Shown in pieces: positions 53,900-64,000 of a DNA stretch of 64,000 nucleotides. The DNA is taken from contig OX442314.1 in assembly GCA_949358305.1 (NCBI GenBank), positions 27,094,001 to 27,158,000 of the forward strand. The letters are read 5' to 3'. Made by a program: the position numbers and the translations under genes. The DNA is from Strigamia acuminata (taxonomy: Eukaryota). Below the pieces are notes generated by a model, which was not told the origin of the DNA, did not search any database, and worked only from the letters and a program-made list of their open reading frames with translations. The stretch's first letter is position 1. Every line of letters starts with the position of its first letter.

Positions 53900-56800
53900 T
53901 CACTTCTTTCCTGGGGGACCCGACACTGAGTCCGTCACCTGGGCGTAACTCACTCCAGGGACAGGCGGTTGAGTGCCGGGTGGCGCGGGTAGATCGCCTA
54001 CTAACGCCGAGGACCGATCTCGGGGGTCCTCATGCTCCGTAATGAAGCATAATGCATGGCCGTCAACTGGCTCATGCGGGGCACGCGTCCTCTCGTGTAA
54101 CCAAACGCTCGGGATGTAGGCGGAGAAGCCGGTGTTCGTATGCCGGATGGCATTGGCTTCCGCTGGCGTCACTGGCACACGGTGGGCTCTCAGCAACCTC
54201 TGGTGGAAGATGAGGTCTCTAGTCTTCCGGATCTGGTTGTGAAGCCAGATGAAGACTGATTTGCCTTTGTCCCGCTGCGCGAGGATAAACCTCCTGGTCG
54301 CCGTCGTCATCGAGAGATGGGGAAACTCTTCGATGATTCGCCCGTAATAGTCTGGCGGAGGCGGTGCCGGCTTCGGCTTCTGGGTGGCCGCGGGAATAGC
54401 GGCTTGCGTCGTTGTCGCCGCTCGGGCCGGTGAGGTCCCGGGCGGTGTCGGCTTCGTTTGCTCGACGGACCTGACGGGTGGCGTTCGGCACAGTAAGCGC
54501 TTTGGCTTACCCGCCACTTCGAACAGGGCGGGTCCTTGCGGGGATATCTCCGCAGGCATCGGTGGCGGAATCGGAACTCCGCTCGTCGGCGAGATCACCA
54601 TTTCTACATCCTCTGCCGATTCTTCCGTCTGGATGGTCAAGGCGCGCAGTTGTTGGGTAGGCGCCGCTGTCCAGGTGGCGGAGGTATAACGAAACGCCGT
54701 GCTTCGCAACTTGTACCCCTCAAATTCGGGGTTTACCACATCCCTGGTTAGCTCGTACCGAGTCAACACAGGGTCGGGCAGAATGGAGCTCCACTCTGCG
54801 AGGAGTGCACGGGGAACCTGTACACCCTCTCTGTCCACGACAGACCATGCGGCCATCGCCTGACGCCCTTCTCCGAAGAGTGCTGGGGTTAGCAGCTGCA
54901 TCATGACCTTGGTCAATGATAGCTGTAGGCTGCGACGATTCACTGGATTCGATCGCTCCGAATCCGCAGTGAAGGCACACGAGAGCTTACTCATCATCGC
55001 CGTTGCCCATTCGATGAAATATCGCTGGGCCTGATCCACACCTCGCAAGGCGGGCGCGGAGACTCTTGGGTCTTCCATCACGAAGCGAAACGCTGAGAGC
55101 TCGGAGATAGTCGGATTGGCGGCTTCTCTCGCGAGCCGCGCTTCTTCGTCTCGCCTCTCGAAAAACAGGGCCGAGGAACCGGATCGGGGTTGGCTCGGCC
55201 TGTAAATGCCGGTCAAATTGGCTCGACATTCCTGCGCAATGCTCTGTCCAACGGGGGGAGGGACTGAGCGGTCGGTGGGTAAATCCGGCGGATCGCTCGA
55301 ATTCAACAACGACGGCGGCGGCAGGTTCGGAGGCGGCTGCGTCTTGGTCGGCAGCGTCGGCGTCGGCAGCGGTGGTGTTGGCTGCGTCGGCGGTGGTGGC
55401 GTCTCCGTCGTCTGCACTCCAGTCATTGCGACTTGGAGCGCCGGGAGATGTTGTCCGGAGCCTGAAGGCTGCACGATGGCGGTTGGCATGCCATCGGGTC
55501 GTGGTCGCGAATTAATGTAGTCTGCGAGCCACCTTGCCACCTCGTGTGGGGTCACCTTCCCGTCGGTGACAACACCCATCTTCCTGGCGTGTTTCATCGC
55601 GGGATCGAAACGTGTCAGTTTCGTCCGCTTCATCTGAGTCAGAATCTCGCGAAGGTCCCGCGTATCTGCCGCTGGGACGCTTCGCTCACCTGACTGGCTA
55701 CCACTTCGTCGACCCGCTCTCTTGGAGGCGTAGGCGGGTTCGGGGATGGGACGGCCCCGAGCTTCGCACCTCGCGAAGTATCGCTCTTTGCGATCTTTTT
55801 TCCGCTGCTCGCGATGAGTCAGCGGACGTCTAGAAGTGCTGGGACGAGAGACTCGCTCTTCGTCACCAGACATCCAAACCTCCTTGCACTCCTTACCGTC
55901 TTTAATCTGACGGTTTATGAAAATTCGCGGTCGGGAATACTGCGAAGGGTCACGCACCGTACTAGTGGATGGCCCAGCTTCGTTGCCTTCAGTCGTGTTT
56001 TGAGCGACACGCTGCTTCTTGGTTGTCGCTGGGGAACGCGACTGGCTGTCCCCGGCGCCTTTGGAGCGCTTGCGCTTCCGCGGGTAGCTGCTCTTGGGCC
56101 CCAAAATCCCCAGGTAGTGGAGCTGCCACATCTCGGCTTGGGACGTCAAAATTCCCATCCGAGGTCTCCACTGGGGCGTACTCTCTCCCAATCGCAGCCT
56201 CTCAAACCACAGATGAATATCATCCGCGGTCATCCCCTCGTTTTGGAGGATGCGCTCGGCCACTGCCGTAGCGGTATCCACCAGCTGTTGTCTATAATGC
56301 TGGTAGATGGCCTCACGGGCCTCTTCTGTCTCGGCTGCTCGCCACGCATGCAGCACGTGTTCCTCCGCCGGGTTGCCAGTGTACTGACTTGACAATCCGG
56401 GGTGGAAAATCGGCGATTTCGGGTCATCGTCACGAGCTAACTCTGTGGCGATGCCTTCGCGCATTCCCTCCGGGAACGTATCCAGGAGCGTGCAGTCTCG
56501 TACCCAACGTCGGGCGATGCATCGGGAATGTAGTATTCGCAGGCGCCAAGGGTCGGCGTCTTCGCCGAAACATCGTCGGTAAAAATCGGGCAGCGCGCCT
56601 CGAAATATCCCGCCACGAGTGATGCAAGCGGGGTCTAATGGTCCCCATGTTTTACGTAGTGCCATCTGGAAGGATGGAGAAATAAACAATTAATAAAAAG
56701 TTAATATTTAAATACGTAGATAAATGGTTGGTTTCGAGGGACGTTGCCAATACGTGCAGCCGTCCGTCGAGACCGATTCCTGTCTATCGGTGCAAACGTA

Positions 56801-57600
56801 GGACGAATTGTCCCTCGTCGGATAGAAAAAGAGAAGTCATCACGTGAAAAATCTGTCTCATGTCCAAAACGCACAGCGAGACGGAATCGAGCCTTTAATC
56901 TGGATTCTTATCATCAGATTTTACTTCAAATTAATTCTAACATTAATTAGAACATTACTAATAATTAAATTAATAATTATCAGTCATTCGTAAAAAGAAT
57001 TCGTCGGGTGTAAATTATTACTAAAATCGCACAATAAATGTGCTTGTCGAAATGTTATTAAATAAATAAACCTAATAAAGAATTATTCCGAAGTCGGACT
57101 TTGTCTAATTTTTAAAAAAAGTTAAAGTCAAATTAAATTTATCTAACACATCGAAAAATTCATCGTACGAATGTGAAGTTGCATCAATTTGATGCGTCAA
57201 ATTACTTGTGGAGAAAAATATTCTTTTACAGAATATTCTCCCCTTGTCATAAAATTATTTATGGCTCGAGCCCATTGTCTCGCTCGTGACTCAAGTCATG
57301 AGGAATTTTCGAGACGCGAGGCGACGTGAAGTCTGCGCTCGCACCCCGAAAACAAATTAACAAGGAAAAAATACGATCGTGTGAGCGATCGCGGTTAATA
57401 ATTAATTATACGCTATTGTGAGTGCAAAGCACTCATGTCAGGTATTAGTCAACAAAATTTCTTCTTCAGCAGCACGGAACTAGTTCTCATGTGCCGATGC
57501 CGACTTCTACCTGATCGGGCTGGACTTGGTTTACATCGCGGTCCCAGTTTTCCTCGTCCTCGTGCTCGATGGCCAGCACGTCGTTCTCTTCCTCGTCCAT
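53900..57600 (-). CDS. Gypsy-B accessory ORF3, spliced: 57600-57511 joined to 56665-53900 (about 951 aa), intact
   Basis: GCCATGG start with an acidic 30-aa exon (MDEEENDVLAIEHEDEENW...). Donor CAG|GTAGAA (an alternative phase-0 GT lies 21 nt earlier) and acceptor TTTCTCCATCCTTCCAG|ATG. 921-aa open exon, homologous to Gypsy-A ORF3. Confidence 0.8.
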
Positions 57601-58076
57601 GGCGAGGAGCGCGCACAAAAATCTCAATCACGATTTAAAAAGGATGATAAAACTATCTCAAAAACTCGGTGAAAAACTCGGTAAAACGTTAAAAACGAGG
57701 ATCACGCACGAATGCAGCGATCAGCTGTGAAAAGCGGAAGTCCGTGTGAACACGAGGTAATCGCGATGGATTCTGGGTAATATACTCCAGAACCCGGGTG
57801 TTTGAGACTAGTGCGCACCTACCCGTGCGCATGTTACGCTACGGGTCTCCTTTGTTCTCACTCCCGTGCGCGATTGCTGCTACGGGGTCTTTTGCACGCG
57901 GTATCCGACCCGTGCCGATAATTTTGCTACGGGTCCCGCGTTTCCACGCCATCTCGTGACGCGAATTCGACCGATATCCGCTTTGTTGGACTTAGCGAAA
58001 TTTTCTGCGACGTGATGGCTTGCACTATCGGTCGATTACATTTATTTTTAGTGCCGCCATCGACTCGTAATTTATT

Positions 58077-61000
58077 TTACTTCTTTCCTACGACCTTTCC
58101 GCCTTTTATGAACGGATTATCTCTTTTTGGTCGCAGGTTACGGATCGAGGCAGGTACGATATTTTTTGTTGTTTTTTGTGTCTGTACCTCCTCATTATTG
58201 TTTTCTTTTTTATCCGTGTTTTTTGTGTTTGTTTCAGGAGTTTCTCCTGTTTCCCCCCCGACCAAAATTGGATCCGGAACGGATTCAACTATCTCGTTTA
58301 CCGGAGGTGAAGGGGCGTCGAAATACTCCTCGTTGTCACTTGGCGGTGCTTTTTCCGACTCGCCAGCGAACATATCGACGATTTGGCCGTCAGTTTTAGA
58401 CTTGACTTGGCCTTTGGCCCACATTTCTTGCGGGAATTCCGGAATGTACGGAGTTAACTCTCGTACCTGGATCGACTTTTGCTCGGTGTTGTCCTCGAGC
58501 TTGCGTAATTTATACGCGTTACCGCCATGCTTGCCGATGATTACATACGGTCCATCTCTCTTGTCGGCCAAGCTGGCGGTGATCCCTCTCGCTGCATTTG
58601 AGAGGGTGTGTGTATCTTTCCACACCAAATCATTGATCTCGAAATTCACGAATTTTCCACCGCTTTTATCTTGTAAAATGCGGTCGCGCATGTTAAAAAT
58701 GTGCGCCATCATATGCTTGTATGTGTTTGAAATTGTTTGCTCCAATTTATACACATACTCATGTGGTTTCTCTGGGTCCACCACATTTACCGACTCTGCC
58801 ACTCGTGGGTCCCAAGGCACTCGTAGCTCTCGGGCGAAGTTGAGGTAGGCCGGAGAAAAATCTCTCGTCCTCGAGACTGTTGTTCGTATGCTGAACGCGA
58901 TCTCCCTCAAGTATTCATCCCACCTATTGTGGATGTCAGTGAATATGCTTAGTGCATATTTAATGTCCCTGTTGAGTCGCTCAACGGGATTTGTTCTGGG
59001 ATTGTAGGTCGAAGTATGTGACGCCACAATCCCGAATTTCTCACAAAACTTACCCCAAATTTTCGAGATAAATTGGGGTCCGTTATCGGATATTATTTTA
59101 CGTGGAAATCCGTAACGTAACGCCACGTCGTAGATACATTCAACGATTTTCTCTGCTGAAGGTCTAGCGACGGCGTACAACTCGGGCCAACGAGTTGCCA
59201 CGTCCATTATAACGATAATGTACGCATTTTTATTTCCCGTAACGGGTTTTGGGCCCATCACATCGACACTTAAACAATCAAAAGGCGCGTAAGGCCCTAA
59301 GAAAATAGTTTCGAATGGTGATTTACTCCTCGGCTTACACGCTTGACATCGCTGACATTGGTGGACAAAAAGAGCGATATCTTTTTTCATCCCTGTCCAG
59401 TGAAAAAGCTGTGTAGCACGATAGAGTGTTCTGCTTACTCCCGCATGGCTCGCAAGCGGGTGCCCGTGTAACAACCACAGCACGCGACCGATTAAGGAAG
59501 CAGGTATTACTACCTTTACTGCGGTGTCCGATTCACTCAAGTCATCTTGGTGATTTGGGTGATGCTTCACCAAAAGGCCGTCATCCAATAGGTAATCTAT
59601 GGATTCGTGCGCATAACGACGCTTCTGCCTTCTGGTTAAGTCGGGCGGATATTTTCCTGTCAGTACGAATCTAGCTCTGTCCTGACATTTTTTGTCTAAT
59701 TTTTGTTGCACAATTATTTCCTCCCTTGTTGGGGGATTGCTTTGCATCTGCTTGCCGACATGAGCGTGGAAGGCGCTTAGAAGCGGGTCATTTATTCTCC
59801 GCTCTAGCTTAAATTCCTTCTTTGCATTTGGGTAATTGTCAGCAGCTGGTTGGTACAACCGCGTCCAAAATCCACAGAATTTTACATCTGCCGGAGACGC
59901 GGTGGGAATTTCATTCATCTTCCTTAAATCCCAACGGTGACAACTCGTAGGGCAATAAATGATGCGGGAGTCATCCTCGCCATCATCGTCAGCGTCGATT
60001 GGATCTGACACTGGTGCCCGTGACAGAGCGTCAGCCACGACGTTATATTTGCCGGGCTTGTATTGAATGGTCAAGTCGCATGCCATCAGTTCTAACTGCC
60101 ATCTGGCTAGTCGACCGGCTGGCTCTTTTAATTTCATCAGCCATTGTAACGCTTGATGATCTGTGTGGACCACAAATTTGGTATATTCGAGATAATCTCT
60201 GAATTTCCTTATGGCCCACACAACGGCCAAACACTCCAACTCGGTGGCATTGTAATTCTTTTCAGCGCCTTGGAGTTTGCGACTTATAAACATGCACGGC
60301 AGGTCTTGTTCGACTCCGTCGCGCACGTGTGTTTGGAGCAACGCCGCTCCTAACCCAACTCTGCTGGCGTCCGTGTGTAATATGAACGGCCGGTTTAAGT
60401 CGGGTAGAGGCATTACGCCGACTTCCGTCAGCATCCTCTTTATTGCATTAAATGCGATGTTGCACTCATTTGACCATACAAATTCGTTTTCATTCTTCAG
60501 GAGGTCGGTAACTGGGGCTGCCACTTCAGCTAGACCCGGTAGCAACCTGCCGAAGAAGTTTATCATTCCCATAAACCGTTGGACACCTTTAACGTCCTCG
60601 GGTGGTGGGAAACGATTAATCGCATCGATTTTTTCGGGGCCAATAGCTAAACCATTGACTCCAATGCGATAACCCAGGAAGGCAAGCTCCTTTCGACAGA
60701 ACTTGCTTTTGCCCGGATGCACGTGTAACCCAGCTTTTGCCAGCCGGGTGAGCACTTGGTCGATGTGCTCAATGTGCTCTTCGAATGTTTTAGAGGCAAT
60801 AACTATGTCATCTAGGTATGCCCACACAAACTGATGCAGGATATCACCCAATACGCTTTCGATTAGTCTCTGAAAGGTACTGGGAGCATTCACTAAACCA
60901 AATGGCATGACGTTGAACATCAACCGTCCAATTGGCGAGTAAAATGCTGTTTTTAACTTATCCTCTGGCCTCATCTCAACTTGCCAGTATCCCTTCGACA

Positions 61001-62204
61001 GATCCATCGTCGTAACCCAAGAAAAGGGGCTAAGCTCTCTCAAAATGGATTCGATAGACGGCATCTGTATGGGATCTATTTCTGTCACCGCGTTTAATGG
61101 GCGGTAATCAATGCATAGGCGTGGGTCCGAGCCCGGGCGCATCACGAGCACAACTCGCGTCGCGTATTCTCCCTGGGCCTCGGAGACAATGCCACTGTCT
61201 AGCATTTCTTGGCACATTTTTTGCACTATTTCACGTTTTTGCGGGTTCATTCCCTTATACGCAACTCGTATAGGTTTATTATCCGTCAATTTAATTTCGT
61301 GAATAGCCCTATTCGTTCGGCCCGGTTTTTTCGACAGGATCCCCTCATATTTAAGTAGGACCCTTCGTAGGGCTGCCGCTTCGTTTAATTCTAAAGCGGC
61401 GTCGGCGACAAGCGTTTCCACTACATTGTCCCGTTGCAATTCTGTTACGAATGCTTTAAAATCGTAATCTTGAACGAATTTCTTTAGGCCTTTCTCCCAC
61501 TGTGTCTTGTCGGCCGCTTCTTTTACAAGAGCTGGTGGCACGACAATTGCGGGTCTTTCCTTATCATTTCTGATATAATTCCAAGATTTCGTTATTGGAT
61601 TGGGTTGTATTTCCATTGACGCCATGAGGTCTACGCCCAACAGAAAAATTCTGTCGCATGTGGGCAGGACCAGGAAAGGGTGCTGTTCTACTCCTCCGAG
61701 CCACTCCATGGTCAATAATATAACTCCTTTTGGACGCGCCATTCCGTTGGCGGTTTTTAGACGTATATTTTTATTAACGCCTTTTATCTTATCGGTGAGA
61801 CCCAATGATGCTACTATGTCTTCGGAAACGAACGAGCGATCTGCTCCCGAGTCTAGTAGTCCCATAATTTTTTCACGTTCTATTGTCATGGGCAACATAC
61901 ATAGGCGGTTGGTGTATTCGACCGCCACGTTGCACATGAAAACACGAAATTCTTCTGTGTCTTCGACTACTTGAGGTAATTCTTCAAGCAGTAGGTTCGG
62001 TTCTTCCGCCTCAGCCTCAGCGTTTGCGGTAATTACCTGCAAAGCGTTGTTGGCCCTGTCTTGAATTTGGGCGTTAGCTATGTCACTACCCATTTCTTTG
62101 ACTGGTGGCGGCTTATCGAACCCTTTGTTAAACCCCTTTTTCTTCATGAATGGCGCAGACGGTCGAGAAATTATTTCTTCGCCGCCTGCGCTGACTCGTT
62201 TTTT
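58077..62204 (-). CDS. pol: Gypsy-B pol (PR, RT, RNase H, IN), probably expressed by -1 frameshift from gag
   Basis: LLDSGA, YLDD, HTDAS, ADALSR, HHCC, SVD/ISDNG/VERLN, GPY. The frame is open upstream of ATG 62147 and overlaps the gag end in the -1 frame. Confidence 0.95.
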   Translation of the reverse strand, partial: KKRVSAGGEEIISRPSAPFMKKKGFNKGFDKPPPVKEMGSDIANAQIQDRANNALQVITANAEAEAEEPNLLLEELPQVVEDTEEFRVFMCNVAVEYTNRLCMLPMTIEREKIMGLLDSGADRSFVSEDIVASLGLTDKIKGVNKNIRLKTANGMARPKGVILLTMEWLGGVEQHPFLVLPTCDRIFLLGVDLMASMEIQPNPITKSWNYIRNDKERPAIVVPPALVKEAADKTQWEKGLKKFVQDYDFKAFVTELQRDNVVETLVADAALELNEAAALRRVLLKYEGILSKKPGRTNRAIHEIKLTDNKPIRVAYKGMNPQKREIVQKMCQEMLDSGIVSEAQGEYATRVVLVMRPGSDPRLCIDYRPLNAVTEIDPIQMPSIESILRELSPFSWVTTMDLSKGYWQVEMRPEDKLKTAFYSPIGRLMFNVMPFGLVNAPSTFQRLIESVLGDILHQFVWAYLDDIVIASKTFEEHIEHIDQVLTRLAKAGLHVHPGKSKFCRKELAFLGYRIGVNGLAIGPEKIDAINRFPPPEDVKGVQRFMGMINFFGRLLPGLAEVAAPVTDLLKNENEFVWSNECNIAFNAIKRMLTEVGVMPLPDLNRPFILHTDASRVGLGAALLQTHVRDGVEQDLPCMFISRKLQGAEKNYNATELECLAVVWAIRKFRDYLEYTKFVVHTDHQALQWLMKLKEPAGRLARWQLELMACDLTIQYKPGKYNVVADALSRAPVSDPIDADDDGEDDSRIIYCPTSCHRWDLRKMNEIPTASPADVKFCGFWTRLYQPAADNYPNAKKEFKLERRINDPLLSAFHAHVGKQMQSNPPTREEIIVQQKLDKKCQDRARFVLTGKYPPDLTRRQKRRYAHESIDYLLDDGLLVKHHPNHQDDLSESDTAVKVVIPASLIGRVLWLLHGHPLASHAGVSRTLYRATQLFHWTGMKKDIALFVHQCQRCQACKPRSKSPFETIFLGPYAPFDCLSVDVMGPKPVTGNKNAYIIVIMDVATRWPELYAVARPSAEKIVECIYDVALRYGFPRKIISDNGPQFISKIWGKFCEKFGIVASHTSTYNPRTNPVERLNRDIKYALSIFTDIHNRWDEYLREIAFSIRTTVSRTRDFSPAYLNFARELRVPWDPRVAESVNVVDPEKPHEYVYKLEQTISNTYKHMMAHIFNMRDRILQDKSGGKFVNFEINDLVWKDTHTLSNAARGITASLADKRDGPYVIIGKHGGNAYKLRKLEDNTEQKSIQVRELTPYIPEFPQEMWAKGQVKSKTDGQIVDMFAGESEKAPPSDNEEYFDAPSPPVNEIVESVPDPILVGGETGETPETNTKNTDKKENNNEEVQTQKTTKNIVPASIRNLRPKRDNPFIKGGKVVGKK

Positions 62205-62216
62205 GACTCGTTTTTT
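62153..62216 (-). promoter_or_regulatory. Programmed -1 ribosomal frameshift signal (two A_AAA_AAC heptamers plus a hairpin)
   Basis: Heptamers at 62216-62210 and 62204-62198, a 6-nt spacer, then stem GCGCAGGCGG/CCGUCUGCGC. Confidence 0.85.
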
Positions 62217-64000
62217 GCCATGGCGAGTTTAATCTCTGCCATCTGCTTCATTATCGCGTCAAACTTAGCGTCTTCTTTCGCTGTTCTTGGGCACTCATTG
62301 GAGTAGTGGCCCGGTTGGTTACACTTGAAACAGCGAATATTTGATTTGTCTCTTGGGGCTTCAGTCGATTTTTTCTTTTCAGGGTCTGCTTTCGACGGTG
62401 GCGTGTAATTCTTTCGAAAATACTTCGGAATTCGGCCGGCATTTGGTTTTAACCTGGCGCGAAATTCTTCTACCGCTCTATCTCGATGGATGAGATGTAC
62501 TAGCGGTCCTTCCTCATCGCAACCCGTTGATAAGGTATCGCGATAGCTTCGTATTTCTTCGTCCGTCGAATAATCGTCTTTTTCTTCTTTTTCGTCTGAT
62601 TTTCCGGCATCTTGTCCGGCTTCCTCCCCCTCCTTGACCTCCTCCAGTGTCGCTTGCATGGCTGACGCTGTCGGTGCCTTTTTAGGGGCGGCCAAAGGGT
62701 TGGAAGGCAGCGTGGATGTCAGTTTATTTTTTATTTGTAAACCAACGCTAGCTTCTGCCAGCTCCATTATACCGCTAAGATATTCAGTAGGGCGCATAAT
62801 TTTATCTGTCGCCCCATATCTTTCCGCACTCAACTTGAGACGTTTAGCGGTTGCTGCTTTCTCCGCTTCTGGTAAAGCGGAATAATATCTTTTCTCGATA
62901 TCTATCGTGTTCTCAAACAGGAAGGCGCTCATCTCCTCGTAGCTGCCTCCTGTCGGTGCCCTTTCTTCAAGTAGCACCCGTTGCGAGTATTCCGACAAAC
63001 CGCCGAGAAAGAAAAGGTTGAATCCCGTGGCATGAAATTCCATCGGGGCCTTTTCGAACAACAATCTGGCGCGAATGTCGTAATCCATTATGGTTTCACC
63101 AGGCATCTGGCGAAGACCTCGCATCTTTCGGCTCACCTCTTCGGGTGTCTCGCCGTAGCGCAGGTCGAATCTCATTAAAAAGTCGTCCCAATTGACGCCT
63201 TTCAATCCTTGGTACCACTCACGTGCCGAGCCTGTCATTAGCTCGACAATACCGTGGGTGAGCATGTCTCCTACGGTGGCTTTAGTGGCAGTCTTAATTC
63301 GAATTACTTCGTCAAGGAAGCGATCTCCCGCTTTCCATGACCCGTCGAAACGGTTCTGAATATAAAATTGCCACCTAATATTCCCGGTAACACTCATGGT
63401 GTCACGTCGGGAGACAGCGTATTTTTTCTTTACGCGGTCACCAGTGCTACGATTACGATCGTTTCGTTTGCTCGGATCAATTCCCTCGGCTTTTAACGAG
63501 CCGAGTAGGGCTCTTCCAAGCTCTCCCATCGTATACTGCCGACCCGTCGAATCGGTAAACGCGCTTTGTCGGGGAAGGTCCTGAAACTCCTCCCGTCGGT
63601 GGTCGCTATTTTCCGATCGACGTCGTTTCTCTCTATCGCGCGGAGAGTTGGATCTCTTCCGGCGATTACTTGATTTTTCCTTTCGTCTGTCGTCGTTGGA
63701 TGAGGGGTCGGAGCTGGGGTCGGGAGACGGTGAGCGGCGTGGCGGGTTGCGCCGTGAAGAGTTTGACTCTTTCCGGCCCCTACGACGGTCGTCACGTTCC
63801 CTTTCTCTGCGTTCATCGCGTTCTCTTTCCCTTCGTCTTTCTCCGGAACCTCTCTCCGAATCGTGATGACTGGGTGCATTTGACTCCAGTCCATCTGACG
63901 ACGAATCACTATTTCCGTAGTGAAAATATTTCGGTCTTTCATCGCGTTTGCCTTCTTCTCGCGAAGAGGTGCGATCATGCGATTGTCTCCTTGACGACTC
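62171..64000 (-). CDS. gag: Gypsy-B gag (open to window edge)
   Basis: Capsid-like MTGSAREWY...LRQMPGETIMDY and zinc knuckle CFKCNQPGHYSNEC. The frame has no stop from 64000 and the N-terminal part is R/E/S/D-rich. Confidence 0.9.
   Translation of the reverse strand, partial: ESSRRQSHDRTSSREEGKRDERPKYFHYGNSDSSSDGLESNAPSHHDSERGSGERRRERERDERRERERDDRRRGRKESNSSRRNPPRRSPSPDPSSDPSSNDDRRKEKSSNRRKRSNSPRDREKRRRSENSDHRREEFQDLPRQSAFTDSTGRQYTMGELGRALLGSLKAEGIDPSKRNDRNRSTGDRVKKKYAVSRRDTMSVTGNIRWQFYIQNRFDGSWKAGDRFLDEVIRIKTATKATVGDMLTHGIVELMTGSAREWYQGLKGVNWDDFLMRFDLRYGETPEEVSRKMRGLRQMPGETIMDYDIRARLLFEKAPMEFHATGFNLFFLGGLSEYSQRVLLEERAPTGGSYEEMSAFLFENTIDIEKRYYSALPEAEKAATAKRLKLSAERYGATDKIMRPTEYLSGIMELAEASVGLQIKNKLTSTLPSNPLAAPKKAPTASAMQATLEEVKEGEEAGQDAGKSDEKEEKDDYSTDEEIRSYRDTLSTGCDEEGPLVHLIHRDRAVEEFRARLKPNAGRIPKYFRKNYTPPSKADPEKKKSTEAPRDKSNIRCFKCNQPGHYSNECPRTAKEDAKFDAIMKQMAEIKLAMAKNESKNESAQAAKK

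Larger units (their letters stand above)
51782..64000 (-). mobile_element. Gypsy-B: Ty3/Gypsy LTR retrotransposon with gag, pol and spliced ORF3 (5' end outside window)
   Basis: gag CCHC, PR-RT-RH-IN order, PPT GGAGGGGGAAG then TGTTGTGACC (53863). LTR end ATCGTCACA at 51782 interrupts a MITE whose uninterrupted copy is at about 41975-42040. Confidence 0.92.

Noticed and set aside
53900..56689. ORF3 as an envelope (env) gene
   Set aside because: It has the env position and is spliced, but I see no signal peptide, transmembrane helix or Cys-rich ectodomain; composition is Pro/Arg/Ser-rich.
63493..63978. 161-aa ORF upstream of gag as a separate gene
   Set aside because: It overlaps the uninterrupted gag frame; most simply an alternative-frame shadow of low-complexity sequence.

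Overview
Eukaryotic genomic DNA, AT-rich and intron-containing; probably an arthropod (a myriapod or chelicerate is suggested by an MBD-carrying Copia). The backbone is a minus-strand tandem cluster of seven 8-exon CYP2-clan cytochrome P450 units. Three look intact (486 aa), one is split by a Gypsy insertion, one has collapsed into a 56-aa mini-ORF, and two share the same +1 frameshift. Four LTR retrotransposons are present: Gypsy-A (<1-13063, +); a very young MBD-carrying Copia nested in Gypsy-A (4186-10785, -); an intact BEL/Pao (43342-49131, +); and Gypsy-B (51782->64000, -). There are also many MITEs, two minisatellites and a LINE relic. The main discovery candidate is that the two divergent Gypsy elements share an architecture reminiscent of complex retroviruses. 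Each carries a homologous, spliced, non-env accessory gene (about 830-950 aa, with Arg/Ser-rich segments) between pol and the 3' LTR. Each LTR also carries an array of five bulged RNA hairpins with covarying stems and sense-strand G-U pairs; those of Gypsy-A resemble the TAR arginine-binding motif. All alignments and folds were done by eye; no database searches were run.
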